Of a stretch of DNA of 64,000 nucleotides, positions 35,201 to 44,552 are shown one piece after another; position 1 is the stretch's first letter, and each line of letters starts with the position of its first letter. The stretch lies in IMG/VR virus record IMGVR_UViG_3300032805_000004, positions 14,256 to 78,255 of that record. The stretch is one strand, 5' to 3'. Origin of the DNA: a virus. The translations under genes were made by a program, and so were the position numbers. The notes beneath the pieces were generated by a model. That model saw nothing but the letters and a program-made list of their open reading frames with translations, searched no databases and was not told the DNA's origin.

Positions 35201-36200
35201 GCGGCCCCGCATTCAGCACAGCCGTGGCGGACGCGTCACCCAGCGCGTAGCCCTCAGTCCACACGTTCGGCAGGATCGCGTCGAGCGCGGCCCGGATGAT
35301 GTCAGCGACCGCACCGATCAACGACTGGACGGTGACCGGCAGTTTCCCCGCCTGCCAGTCAGCGATCAGGTCACGCGCCTTGCCGATGGCCGCGGCGAAC
35401 GCCTGGCCGATGCGTTTCGTGTAGACGGCGACGAGGGCGAGGTCGCGTTGCCAGCCGGGCCAGTCAGGCTGCCCGCCACCACCGGGGGGCGTCTGCCCTT
35501 TTGGGCCCGCATCATCTGCCTTGACGAGCTCGACGTCTGCGGCGGATTTGATATGACCGGCGGCGAGAACAGCTTTCGCCTGGTTGAACAGCTGGGTGGC
35601 CTGGCGGCGCAGTACGCCGGCCTTGTTCTCCAGCTTCGTGATCTGCTTCGTCTTCGTCGCGACACTGCTCGCCGTAGACGGTTTCTTCGCCGCTGCTGGT
35701 TGTTTCCCAGACGCTGCGGCCGACGACGCGGCAGGTTTCGCTGCGGTAGCCGGCTTCTTCCCAGTCGCGGTCGCCCGCGACGTCGCCGCCGCCACCGTAG
35801 CTTTAAGCGCGGCGACCTGCAGATCAATCTGGTGGGCTTGTGCGAGCAAAGCACGCGCCTGACTGCGAAGATCGGCGGCCTCCGCCTTCGCTGCGGCGGA
35901 GATTTTCGGCTTACCGCCGCCGCTGGGCTTCTTCGCCCCGCTAGCGGGCTTCTTCGCAGCCGGTGCCTTCGCCGGTTTCGCCGCGGGCTTCGGCGCCGAG
36001 ATGCCGCCGGACTGGTTGTAAGCGGCAATCGCCGATTCCTGCTGCTGCACCGGGGTGCCTTGCCCGGTCGCCGAGAACTGGCCACCCTGCGTGGTGCCCT
36101 GCGGTGCCCGTAGCTCCTGTTTGGTGACGGTGTCGAACGCGGCGAGGGCAGCTTTGAGGACTGCCCCGGCCATCAGGTCCTCAACGTCGTTAGCGGTCAC
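32286..36200 (-). CDS. MuF head morphogenesis polyprotein with intein, ParB-like, Nudix and HiPIP-like modules
   Basis: RAEMIAHTEIARA..WLTA..RVCVAC..PPGHPR[intein]CRC; IIDGHHR; PGGKLDPGETPLEAAKREWAEETG; CGTC..C..C. Confidence 0.9.
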   Translation of the reverse strand: MTANDVEDLMAGAVLKAALAAFDTVTKQELRAPQGTTQGGQFSATGQGTPVQQQESAIAAYNQSGGISAPKPAAKPAKAPAAKKPASGAKKPSGGGKPKISAAAKAEAADLRSQARALLAQAHQIDLQVAALKATVAAATSRATATGKKPATAAKPAASSAAASGKQPAAAKKPSTASSVATKTKQITKLENKAGVLRRQATQLFNQAKAVLAAGHIKSAADVELVKADDAGPKGQTPPGGGGQPDWPGWQRDLALVAVYTKRIGQAFAAAIGKARDLIADWQAGKLPVTVQSLIGAVADIIRAALDAILPNVWTEGYALGDASATAVLNAGPPDWGDWKPGDPKAAAKIADETGLRNLLDEYDVRGISAVADSKMDDLAQAISEGVRAGEPVDTVARDLPGILDVKNRAEMIAHTEIARAVSAASMDRYSDAGVTRTEWLTAPDDGRVCVACQANRDAGPIPTGDLFPSGVPSPPGHPRCFPAGVVVTGPSAVAATARRYKGDLVTIVFADGKEVPVTPNHPVLTPDGWVPAGDLGEGSELLRTDSADRVAAIVCPDDRQAVARIEDVARTLAEAGPVMSGLMPVTAVDFHGDGSGDNYVDVVWAAGDTVGDVVAEVGEECAEDCLIAAEGHACFRGSDLAAFLSAGDSSTGRLVGPVKHDAPFGHVRALPAQLHCFRPVPAVDTCFAEHPVDGVAVQSILGADGLDGESAEVILDKAWWGRVYASVDVDPGLCESPADGITRQAVAQGEGFDGRAAVELLDESDWQGELLGCGEPVRVSQGDAQFDEAVPEGWPNDAAHGRALTERLAALVGVDRVAELRRHCDWSGHVYNLETVDGWYFANGIIAHNCRCALAPAAIGAVTLAAVPVLVKNAADLTDPNPVEPEHVKNQLRKNYPEHALGWIDDARWIGPVLIPQDRVDYDDVGSWAASHQPDRVKQFTADIKHERAHLHPVVAVQEPGDDKVKIIDGHHRTLAYKKLGRPVKAYVGFVDHDGGPWDETHSFQFHQGADPANKTTAGPTAAGLAVQARGTGRVLMLQRALGEDDPDGGCWEFPGGKLDPGETPLEAAKREWAEETGHTVPDGDIVGGWTSPDGVYQGFVHAVPDEDTVPIDDGRGQVTNPDDPDGDQVEAIAWWDPALLRDNPAVRPELAGDLDTVLAALGTASAKRVKVSKNSVRYRAATDPDRSCGTCSMYEDHACSLVAGVIDPADVCDRWEPAPVAKAGNAETLREYWTHEAHGGPTHFAYAEEIKWGSPGDFDRCTRLVMEHAKMTEAQAHGFCNLRHHEALGYWPAQHAARERGK
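33651..34760 (-). mobile_element. Intein (370 aa) inserted in the MuF HPR|CRC motif
   Basis: Block A CFPAG, block B VTPNHP, block F VYNLET..WYFANG, block G IAHN followed by Cys+1. Confidence 0.92.
33711..34727 (+). CDS. Antisense endonuclease nested in the intein: 3 HTH repeats plus VSR/DUF559-like nuclease
   Basis: Three Y/F..G.S/T....A...G....T....L...G repeats; ETILGTLL..GPYNIDVVI..VAVEVNGGNWH..ILDAGYSLAIIW. Confidence 0.82.
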   Translation: MTRPVAMTPELSDAIDAYKSGKSLSECAAMCGIVGPTFRNRLIKLGIPLRDTHWLATSQKLALPVALIEEFHGGATIKSLTLRYGLSGNTIRRRLTESGVNVNRRIHPTPPGLIEDYLGGLAVKPIGAKYGLDRNTVYRMLREAGIDGRNRSEAMQLRWQRANVAERRIMLDRAHETARGRVASAEERGQIATAKTGVTFSGNETILGTLLADLGYDIAYGVPCGPYNIDVVIAGTVAVEVNGGNWHETGHHRARFGERARHILDAGYSLAIIWADDRRYPVSAICAEQLGTLTEITRGHPSIGRQHWVIRGDGHFLTVREDDGDEVPFITSSGRRDS

Positions 36201-36233
36201 GGCTCACCCCCGGGTCTCGGCAATAATGCGGGG

Positions 36234-36557
36234 ATGAGCACCGAACTGCTGCGGCTCCCGCCAGGACACAAGCTATACAGCTTTGATGCTCGTGAGGTCG
36301 CTGCTCCAGGGGCCATCTATCTAGCTTGGATGCCTGGCGACCTCGAAACATTGTTCGGGCCAGCACGGGAACTCCGCGACCGGGAGTTCCTGCTAGAGGT
36401 GGACGGTGAACAGTGGCTTGCTACTCCGATGCCGGATCTATTCATGGCTACCAATGATGATCACGTGATGGTCCTCGATACGGCCAGCATCAACGCGCGG
36501 ACCAACGGCGAGATAACTACGATCGACTTCAAGCTACTGCGTCCTATCCAGCCTTAG
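36234..36557 (+). CDS. Counter-oriented hypothetical protein between portal and MuF
   Basis: Fills the gap; lower GC; AATAAT 6 nt before ATG. Confidence 0.55.
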   Translation: MSTELLRLPPGHKLYSFDAREVAAPGAIYLAWMPGDLETLFGPARELRDREFLLEVDGEQWLATPMPDLFMATNDDHVMVLDTASINARTNGEITTIDFKLLRPIQP

Positions 36558-38679
36558 CGAGCGCGGTCTTAGCATCCGCTATCGCGGTGGTGACGGACTG
36601 CCCGTCACCGAGATCGAACCGGACCACGTCGAGGACGTCGCCGGGTAGGTGACGCGCATCCCACGAGGCCGGGTCACGGCCTTTGCGGAGGTGCCGTTCG
36701 AGGGCGTCGAGCTCGGCCCACGCTGCTTTCCCCACAGCCGCAGCCGTAGTCGGCCCGCTCGGGCTGCCTTGGCCGCGGCCGCCAGTATGCACGTCCGCGC
36801 CGGCCTCGCTGGCGGTGTGACCCGGGGTTTGTCCCGTGTTACCCGCACCCGACTGTGGTTTGTTGCCGCCGCCAGCCTCCGCCGGGGCGCTCGCAGGCCC
36901 GGCCGGCGCCGCGCCAGCCCCGGGCGGCTTCGGCGCACCCGGCGGAGGTGCCCCCCCTGCAGCCGGTGCGGGCGGCCCGCCCGGCTGACCAGGCAGCGGC
37001 GGCTGACCGGGCACAGGCTGCGGACCGGCATTCGGATCCGGCTGTCTCGTCTGCGGATTCATCGCACCCAAAGGAACCACACCAGTCTGGCTGGCCCACA
37101 CCGGATCCGAAGTGATCGGGATCCCCCACGGGTCCCGGTTCAGCTCAGCCCGCGCCTCATCAATGGATGACAGGCCGGCGCCGATCTGGGTGACGAGCAG
37201 CCCGGTCAACGTTTCCTCGTCTTCGTCCTGCTCGAGGCCTTCGGGCATCCATTGCAGGTCGTCTTGGCCGCACACGACCTGGAGGACCTTGTCGAACAGG
37301 GATTGCTTCAGGAACTCCAGCGTGGGGATCAGCGATTTGCGGGCGTGAACGTCCTTCGTCATCTTCGACATCTGGTTCGCGGCGCCGACGGACATCGTGG
37401 TGGATGCGCGTGGGGTGAGGCCGAGTTCCATCGGCATCACCTGGAAGGCCATGCAGACCTCTATCGACACGATGGAGTCGAACTCGGTGGCGAGTTCGGG
37501 TGGTTTCTGCGGGTCGGTTTTGGATCCCGGCGGCAGAACGACGATCTTGTGTTTGAAGCCGACGTCACCGGCCAGCGCGTTCAACGCGTCCTGCAATTCG
37601 CGGATCTGCGACGGGGTCATGTTCACGTCACCAGGGCTGACGAACATGCCGGGGATGGAACCTTCGCGGTAGAAGTCCATCTGGTACTGCTGCTTACCGA
37701 GCCCGGTCATGACCGGGACGAGGGCTTGTTCGATCGGTGGCATCCCGTACGGAGATGTTGTCTGCCGGGTGTACGGCAGGTACAGCAGTTGATCGCCGCG
37801 GTATTCGGCGACCTGGCCGGCTTTGAGTTCGTCGGTGAGGTCGTTTTGGTTGATGAGCTGCATGAGGTCGACGCGGGGGACGCCCCACAGGTACTGCTGG
37901 AACGCTGGGGCTGGTGGTCGTGGGCGGGAGCCGTGGAGGTCGAACAGGGGGCGCAAGGTGTCACCGGCGATGAGCTCGAGCGCGGTGAGGTCGGAGCCGA
38001 GGAGGCCTTTGCCTTTGCCCCAGGTGGGGCGCAAATAGACGGACATGGCGTCGATGGCGTAGAGGTCTTCGAGGAGGGTGTCGAGCCACGATGACCAGGA
38101 GCCGTATTCGGGGTCGGGGTTTTTGAAGAAGGCGACGGCTTGGGCTCGTCTCTCGCCGAAGTCGGCCATTGCTTTGTGGTCGCCGCGCATGGCTTTGGCG
38201 GCGTCTCGGGTGGGGATGATGTCCCATTCGAGGCCGCGGATCTCGGACTTGAGTAGCTGGATGCATGCCCTAGCTACCGAGTAGAGGGATGCGAGACTGC
38301 GAAGTACCTGGAAGTCGGCGAGTTTGACGCCTTCGGTGCCCGGCTGGCCGACGGGGAGGTTCCATCCGACCTGGTAGGGGAGCCGGCGTGGCATGGCGCG
38401 TTCGGCGCCTTCGGGTGGCTCGTCGATCGCCATCGGGTAGATGGGTGCGAACGGTCCGAAGGCGCCGGCTTGGAAGTTCTGCGGCGACCTGGGGAGGAAA
38501 CTGCCGTAGCCCGAGGCGTAGCCGGCTTGTGGTCCGCCGCCTAGCTGTGCGGCGAGTGGGCTGATCTGGCCGGTGGAGGGTCCTGTGGGGCCGGTTGGCA
38601 TGGCGAGGGCGCCTTGGCCGGATGGTGAGGCGGCGCGGGCGGCGCGGGCACCACCGATGATGGCTGCTGGGCTTGCCAA
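36544..38679 (-). CDS. Portal protein
   Basis: VARACI..LEWDI, FFKNPD, LLYLPY..SPYGMPPIEQAL, SIDEARAEL; position after terminase. Confidence 0.88.
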   Translation of the reverse strand: MASPAAIIGGARAARAASPSGQGALAMPTGPTGPSTGQISPLAAQLGGGPQAGYASGYGSFLPRSPQNFQAGAFGPFAPIYPMAIDEPPEGAERAMPRRLPYQVGWNLPVGQPGTEGVKLADFQVLRSLASLYSVARACIQLLKSEIRGLEWDIIPTRDAAKAMRGDHKAMADFGERRAQAVAFFKNPDPEYGSWSSWLDTLLEDLYAIDAMSVYLRPTWGKGKGLLGSDLTALELIAGDTLRPLFDLHGSRPRPPAPAFQQYLWGVPRVDLMQLINQNDLTDELKAGQVAEYRGDQLLYLPYTRQTTSPYGMPPIEQALVPVMTGLGKQQYQMDFYREGSIPGMFVSPGDVNMTPSQIRELQDALNALAGDVGFKHKIVVLPPGSKTDPQKPPELATEFDSIVSIEVCMAFQVMPMELGLTPRASTTMSVGAANQMSKMTKDVHARKSLIPTLEFLKQSLFDKVLQVVCGQDDLQWMPEGLEQDEDEETLTGLLVTQIGAGLSSIDEARAELNRDPWGIPITSDPVWASQTGVVPLGAMNPQTRQPDPNAGPQPVPGQPPLPGQPGGPPAPAAGGAPPPGAPKPPGAGAAPAGPASAPAEAGGGNKPQSGAGNTGQTPGHTASEAGADVHTGGRGQGSPSGPTTAAAVGKAAWAELDALERHLRKGRDPASWDARHLPGDVLDVVRFDLGDGQSVTTAIADAKTALAKAG

Positions 38680-38881
38680 CTTTGGCTCACCCCCGCGCGT
38701 CTTTCCTTATGATTTGTGACTCTCGGTCCCCTCGACGGCATCATCCACCCCACAGCCGGACAGGGGACCGAGCCATTTACCAACACCTAACCGCCCAGCA
38801 ACCCCCCACACACCCACGCCCCGCAAGCTTGCAGTGTGCTGCTGACGGACACCGACGGCCGCCGCTACGTCCGCACCCAAC

Positions 38882-39824
38882 CTACGAACTGGACTCCCGC
38901 AGCGCTCGTTTCACCCGCCGCTCAAGCCGCTTCGCCGCAGCCTTCGCCGTCTTCGGACCCCCATACCCCATCGCCCTGCCTACCTGCGCCCACGTCGCCC
39001 CGTTAGCGATCGCCTCACCCACCAGCTGCAAGCGGAGCGCATCGCGTTGCACACCTGGTTCCGGCATCACCGGGTTCGTCCCCGCCATCGCGGCCAACGA
39101 CGCCAACTGCTCAGTCTCAGACGGTGAAGTCATGGACGTCCCAAGTTGCGCTCAGTTCATCCCGCGTCAGCAGCCCATCCCGCGCGATAGCAGCCTCAAG
39201 GCGCAAGCGCTCTAGTTCCGCTTGCAGCAGGTCGAACAGCGCATCCCTCCGCTTCGCCTGCTCGGTTTCAGACGGTGGGGCCACGGACCGGTCGCACCCC
39301 GCAATGCTTACACGGCCCCGGCAGCAAATCCGGATGCTCACGGGTCAGGTCGTAGCAGTGGCCGCCGCGCTGCACGCACATCTCCTGGCTGACGGTCTGG
39401 CGGTCGGAGGCGAGCTGTTCCGCCTCGGCTTCCGGGTCGGTGATGATGCGGACGACCCCATGGGGGAACCCGGGCGGCAGGGTCACGCAGCAGGCCCCGG
39501 CTCGTACGGTGGCCGCTCGATGGTGGCCTGGTCTGGTTCTGGCCGGTCGTTCGGTGTCTCGGCTACGGCGAGCTGGTCGGCGCGGAGGACGATGGCGCGG
39601 ACCCCGGCTTGCTGCAAGGTTTGGGTAACGCCCTGCGCGTATTGGGCGAACACCGGATCGGGCATCGTCACCGGCAGACGGATGATCAGCATCTCGCCGG
39701 GACGGACAACCGTCGCGCATTCGCGGACGGCGCGGAGCAGCAGGTCACGGTCGATGACGGGGGTGCCGTTGCCGAGGAGATGCGCGCCAGGCGGAATGAT
39801 CGTACCCGGGTTGATCAAGTTCAC
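38882..39824 (-). other. Four small hypothetical genes: 38882-39133 (HTH-like), 39117-39284, 39268-39486, 39483-39824
   Basis: Overlapping start/stop coupling; GATWAQVGRAMGY HTH-like segment. Confidence 0.55.
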
Positions 39825-40387
39825 AGGGTCCCCTCCTCCTCATCGCCGTCATCTTCTGCCACGTCTTCCGGCCACAGGATGCTATCGGTGGGCCATTTCC
39901 CGTGCGGCCAGTACCGGACCGCCGAAACCATCGTCCCGTCACGGCTAAACGACTTCACCCGCGGGCACGCCACACCCTGCGCGGCGTGGATACCGGAGCA
40001 GTATTCGCAGCCGCCTTCGGCGAGGAGTTTGCGGGCGTCTTCCTTCTGCTGCGCGGTGAGCCTCGGCCGCCCCGTCGTCCCATCCCATGACGGGACATGT
40101 TCATCTGGGAGCAACCTGGCAGGCGGTACACCCAGCGCTGCTGCGATGACGAGCAGTTCGGCGATGCTGAGAGCTTCCCTGTGGCCGTTCTCAAGATTCG
40201 TCAGCACCGAACGCGGAACCGCGAAACCTAGCTGCTCGCAGCGGTCGGCTAGCTTCTGTGCGCTCATCTTGTGCCCTATCCGGTGCCGCCGGATCTCGGC
40301 GGCGATGGCGCAGGTGAGCCACTGTTGCCAGTCTTCTTGTTCTGCAGTTGCGTGGAATTGCGTTTCGGGCATGAGCGGCTCCAGCAT
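39821..40387 (-). CDS. XRE-family HTH protein with C-terminal Cys/His domain
   Basis: IRRHR..MSAQKLADRC..RSVLTNLENGHR..AAALGVPP; CEYC..H..CPR. Confidence 0.7.
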   Translation of the reverse strand: MLEPLMPETQFHATAEQEDWQQWLTCAIAAEIRRHRIGHKMSAQKLADRCEQLGFAVPRSVLTNLENGHREALSIAELLVIAAALGVPPARLLPDEHVPSWDGTTGRPRLTAQQKEDARKLLAEGGCEYCSGIHAAQGVACPRVKSFSRDGTMVSAVRYWPHGKWPTDSILWPEDVAEDDGDEEEGTL

Positions 40388-40403
40388 GCGGTAGCAATGA
40401 CGG

Positions 40404-41006
40404 GTGGCGGCGGATGGGGTGGAGCACGGCCGGATCATACGGCTCGGTGTAGCCGCCGCCGCTGCGGTCACATCCGCGTTCGCCTGCTCCCGGCTGTTCG
40501 GCACGGGTGGCACCCTCATCGGTACCGCTGTCGGCGCGGTCGTCTCCGGTGCCGCAGCTGAACTGTACGGGCGCGCCGCAGCCGCCGCCAAAGCACGTCT
40601 GCCGCGGCCGGAGCTGAACGGCCGCCTGGTCGCCGAGGTCGCGGCAGGCTGCGCGGTGGTGGCTGTGGCGGCTTTCGGGGTCGTCTACGGTGTCGAGAAG
40701 GCGACGGGGAGGCCCCTGTCGGCGGTGACGACAGGGGCGGATGTGCGCGGTGACTCGTTCACCGGTTCAACGCCGTACACGCCGCCTGCCGCACCTGCGC
40801 CGTCGGTGTTGCCGACGGTGGATCCGTCGGTGCCGCTGGCCACGCCGTCGCTGTCATCGGTTGCGAGCCCGGGTGTGGTCACCTCGAGCGCGGCGCCGGG
40901 CCCGTCACCGTCGGCGACCGAACCCGCCGTATCGCCCAGCGAACAGTCGCCGGAGGTTCAGGCGCCGCAGCCCGCCGGGACACCGATCGTTACCTCGTCG
41001 CCCTAA
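40404..41006 (+). CDS. Membrane protein with Pro/Ser-rich tail
   Basis: Hydrophobic N-terminal helices, GTLIGTAVGAVVS; opposite strand. Confidence 0.6.
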   Translation: MAADGVEHGRIIRLGVAAAAAVTSAFACSRLFGTGGTLIGTAVGAVVSGAAAELYGRAAAAAKARLPRPELNGRLVAEVAAGCAVVAVAAFGVVYGVEKATGRPLSAVTTGADVRGDSFTGSTPYTPPAAPAPSVLPTVDPSVPLATPSLSSVASPGVVTSSAAPGPSPSATEPAVSPSEQSPEVQAPQPAGTPIVTSSP

Positions 41007-42568
41007 GCGGCCTCCGGAACAGGCTGACCACAGTGCGGGCACGCCGTCTTCCCCGCCATAAACGGCCGGCCACACCCATCACACCGCGTCACACCGTAAG
41101 CATCCAGCCACGACACACCATCGATCCAATACGCCTGGATCACCGCATCACCGTCATCGGTGGACCGGCCCAGCCGCTTCCGGATGTCATCCTTCGACTC
41201 AACCTGAATCTTCCCACCCGACAAAACCTTCCACCCAGGCGCCGACAGATCACCCAGCAGCATGTCATCATCAGGCAGGCACACATCCGGAGTCGCCGAC
41301 GGGTCGAGCTGCTCCCGCAGACCCCACCACGCGGCGGAACGGATGTTGGTGAACGCGAGCTCACCGGTGGCGTCCCGTTTGCGGGTACCACCCGATGCGG
41401 TGAACGGTTCCGCTTTCGCGCCCATCTCACGCAGCCGGTCCAGCACACCGGCACCGATCCCGATCACATCGACCAGTGCGGTCGCCTCCGGGTCGGCGTC
41501 GAGGGCGCCTTTGACCCGGCCGGTGGTCTGCATCGTGTCCTCTTTGGCGGAGCGGCGGAGTTCGACGAGGACGGGGCCGCGGCGGATCGCCTGGACGGTG
41601 CGGTCTTCACCGGAGCGGGCGACGTCGACACCGATGATGTGCGGGCCTGGCAGGTCGGGCCGTCCAGCGTGGTCCCATTCGTGCCAGCGTTCGACAGCGG
41701 CCTCTGCCCAGGCCAGCGGCACGACGGAGTCCTCATCGCCGGCGTGGAAGTCACCGAGGACACGGTTTACGTAGATGGCGGACTGTTCGCCCCATTGGCG
41801 GGCGCGTTGTTCGGCCCAGTCCTGTGAGATGCGGCCCGCGTCGATCGCCTCGGCGAGGGTGACGTGGCGGGCGTGCCAGTCTTCGTAGCCGGGGCGGTGG
41901 GCGTGGATGTCGTAGAACCGGCCTTGCGGCTGCCCGGGTGTCGACAAGGCCAGGGCGTACGCCTCGCCGAGGCCGGAGAACGCGCCTTCGCAAGCATCGA
42001 ACGTGCCCGCGGGGATGCTTTTCGACTCGTCATAGATGAACAGGAGCCGGTCGGCGTGCGCGCCTTCGATCAGGGCGGGGTTAGTGCAGGCGGCGGCGAA
42101 CGCGGCGCCGTGACCGAGCCGCATGTTCAGGTTCAGCAGTTCAGCTTTGGTGAAGGTGCGGTCGCGGACTTTGTCCCAGCGGAGCCGCCCGGCCCATTTG
42201 TGGATCTCGGGCCACAGGTAGTTGATGAGCTGCCGCCACGCCCCGGCGGTGGTGACCGCTTTCCATTCGACTCCGGCGGCGTCGGAGGTGAGCGCAAACC
42301 ACAGCAGCGTGATCGCAGCGATCGCTGACTTGCCGAGACCGTGGGGACCGCGGACAGCGCAGCGTTTCCGTTCGGCTAGGCCACCGATGATGTCTTGCTG
42401 GTAGGGGGTGAGACCGTCACCGCGCCAGTCGATGCAGTCGGCGGCGAACCCGAGCGGGTCGTCGTAGTAGAGGGCTACGCCTTTTTTGATCCTCGCCGCG
42501 CGCTGCTGAAGTTCCCGCAGGTAGCGGAGACGGTCAAGGGGTGCCTGAATGATCTGGGTTGAGGGCAA
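41003..42568 (-). CDS. terL: Terminase large subunit
   Basis: Walker A GPHGLGKS, Walker B FIYDE, STP, nuclease GVDVARSGED and RSTDDGDA. Confidence 0.92.
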   Translation of the reverse strand: MPSTQIIQAPLDRLRYLRELQQRAARIKKGVALYYDDPLGFAADCIDWRGDGLTPYQQDIIGGLAERKRCAVRGPHGLGKSAIAAITLLWFALTSDAAGVEWKAVTTAGAWRQLINYLWPEIHKWAGRLRWDKVRDRTFTKAELLNLNMRLGHGAAFAAACTNPALIEGAHADRLLFIYDESKSIPAGTFDACEGAFSGLGEAYALALSTPGQPQGRFYDIHAHRPGYEDWHARHVTLAEAIDAGRISQDWAEQRARQWGEQSAIYVNRVLGDFHAGDEDSVVPLAWAEAAVERWHEWDHAGRPDLPGPHIIGVDVARSGEDRTVQAIRRGPVLVELRRSAKEDTMQTTGRVKGALDADPEATALVDVIGIGAGVLDRLREMGAKAEPFTASGGTRKRDATGELAFTNIRSAAWWGLREQLDPSATPDVCLPDDDMLLGDLSAPGWKVLSGGKIQVESKDDIRKRLGRSTDDGDAVIQAYWIDGVSWLDAYGVTRCDGCGRPFMAGKTACPHCGQPVPEAA

Positions 42569-43034
42569 CTTCGGCCTCGAGCCGCCGGATTTCGGCTTCG
42601 ATCATGTCTTGGGTGACGACTTCGATGCGGGCCTGTGCGGGGGCGTAGAGGCCGCGGAGTTTGTATTCCTCGACGTCGATTTTCACGAGCCGGTCGACGG
42701 CGGCGAGTATCGGGAGCAGGTCGGGGAGGGGGGTGCCGTCAGGGCCAGTGACGATTTTCCCGGATGGGCTGGTGATGTAGTGGCGGCTGGAGGCGACGCG
42801 CCAGGCGAGGCGGCGGTAGTCCTGGAGCCGGTCGAGCATCATTTGCATGACTTCGGGGCTGCGCAGGGTTTCGCTGGCGGCTGTTTTGGCGTGGCGGCGG
42901 ATGGCTTCGCCGACTGATCTGGTGCTGCGGAGGCCGACTTGGGGCATGATCTGCCGGTAGGAGAAGCCTTTGCAGTAGAGGTCGGCGCATTTGGCGTCGC
43001 GTTCGAGGGTTTCTACTGAGGGGCGGCGTGGCAC
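42534..43034 (-). CDS. terS: Terminase small subunit (putative)
   Basis: N-terminal HTH (GFSYRQI), KLRGLYAP; overlaps terL. Confidence 0.7.
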   Translation of the reverse strand: MPRRPSVETLERDAKCADLYCKGFSYRQIMPQVGLRSTRSVGEAIRRHAKTAASETLRSPEVMQMMLDRLQDYRRLAWRVASSRHYITSPSGKIVTGPDGTPLPDLLPILAAVDRLVKIDVEEYKLRGLYAPAQARIEVVTQDMIEAEIRRLEAEVALNPDHSGTP

Positions 43035-43088
43035 GTTTTGTTCACCGTCCCTTGCGTTGCGTACACGTTAGGTGGTTTGACCTGCTGC

Positions 43089-43592
43089 TCACTGCGGGAT
43101 GAACTCGACGCCGCACGCTGGGCAGATGATCGGCGGTTTCTCGTCGGCGTGGAGTTGCTCTTCTTCAGGTGTGGGTGTGAAGTGCGGCGGCTCGATCAGT
43201 TTCGCGACGTCTTCAGCGGTCCAGCCTGTGCCGTCGTAATCATCGTCCAGATAGGACAGGAGTTCGGCGAGTTCGTCGGGGTCGTCTGTCGCGATGTCCG
43301 AGAGCCGGTTGTCGGCGACGTTGACGCGTCGGGCTTCGTCGTCGGTGCAGCGGATCAGCCCGCAGTGCGCGGTCTGGTGTCCTTCGGCTTGCATGGCTTG
43401 GATGGTGTGGTTCCCGGCGAGGACGACGAACGATGGGGGTTCGTTGATGACGCGGACGACAACGGACCTGTATTGGCCGAGGCGGCGCACCGATTTGCGG
43501 ATCTCATCTAACTGGCCGCGGCGGGCGTTGCCGGGGAAGAGGGTGAGCTGGCCGATGTCGATGTCGCGGACTCCGAGCATCTCAACCGCCAC
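43089..43592 (-). CDS. ParB N-terminal-like domain protein
   Basis: PGNARRG..IRKSVRRLGQ..VLAGNHT..VADNR; C-terminal CPACG. Confidence 0.8.
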   Translation of the reverse strand: MAVEMLGVRDIDIGQLTLFPGNARRGQLDEIRKSVRRLGQYRSVVVRVINEPPSFVVLAGNHTIQAMQAEGHQTAHCGLIRCTDDEARRVNVADNRLSDIATDDPDELAELLSYLDDDYDGTGWTAEDVAKLIEPPHFTPTPEEEQLHADEKPPIICPACGVEFIPQ

Positions 43593-43958
43593 TATGCCTC
43601 CACGACTGGCCGGAAGTGGCGGTCTTCGGGTTCGGGTAGCCATCCGCACATGGCGGCGACGACCGTGACCAGATGGGGGGTGGGCGAGGTGATGTCGAGG
43701 TCGCCGGGGAGATCGAACACGATGCGAGGTTACAGGCCGCGGCCGGGCGGGGGGTGTGCTCCGACTCCGTCCCGGCCGCGGCACCTAGCGCCCAGAAGGT
43801 GGTGGACTATTGGGCACCAGGTAAACAAGGAGCGCTGACAGGCACGCGGTGACTGCGGGGGCCCATTGCGCCTGCGGGTAGGCGGTCTGGACGATGGTCA
43901 GCGCGGCGCCTGCGGCGGCGACGAGCAGCTTCGAATACTGCCCGGCGTTCCTCATCGG

Positions 43959-44525
43959 TTAGGGCGTGGGGGGCTGGTCTTCGGGGGTGCCCTCGGTCAC
44001 CACCAGCGACGTCGCCGCACCAGACACAACCGTCAAAACGAGAGCGCCGGTGAGGGCCGGGTTCGCGGTGTCGGCGACGGTGATGTTCGCGACACCGGGG
44101 GCACCGGCGACGAACTCGGCGCTGTAGGTGTCGGTGGAGACGTTGAGGACACCGGCGGCGGGGTTGTCAGACGTCCAGGTGAGGGTGTCGGCGGTGACGG
44201 GTTCGCCTTTGGCGTCGGTTTCGGCGACGGAGAGGAGGACTTGCTGGGTGTCGGTCAGGGTTGCCATGTGAATACTTCCTTCGTTGTAGATGGTGGGCGT
44301 GCCGTGACCGGCGCGGGGGGCGTTCTGCGGATAGGTGAACGGGGCGATCTCCGTCTTCAGCCGTATGGGGGTAGTGAGCCAGCGGTAGAAAATGTCAGCG
44401 ATCTGGGTGACGGTGGTCGCATGTTGCAGCGGACCGGGGCCGTATTGCGGGCCTGGGGTGGTGACGGCGGTGTAGTAGGTGACGGCCTCAAGGAGGGCGG
44501 CCTGCCGGTTATCTTGCCCGTGCAA
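43959..44525 (-). CDS. Hypothetical protein with C-terminal Ig-like domain
   Basis: LSVAETDAKGEPV..LTWTSDNP..GVANITV. Confidence 0.55.
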   Translation of the reverse strand: MHGQDNRQAALLEAVTYYTAVTTPGPQYGPGPLQHATTVTQIADIFYRWLTTPIRLKTEIAPFTYPQNAPRAGHGTPTIYNEGSIHMATLTDTQQVLLSVAETDAKGEPVTADTLTWTSDNPAAGVLNVSTDTYSAEFVAGAPGVANITVADTANPALTGALVLTVVSGAATSLVVTEGTPEDQPPTP

Positions 44526-44552
44526 AAGCTCACCCCCTTCCGTTAGACGGCT

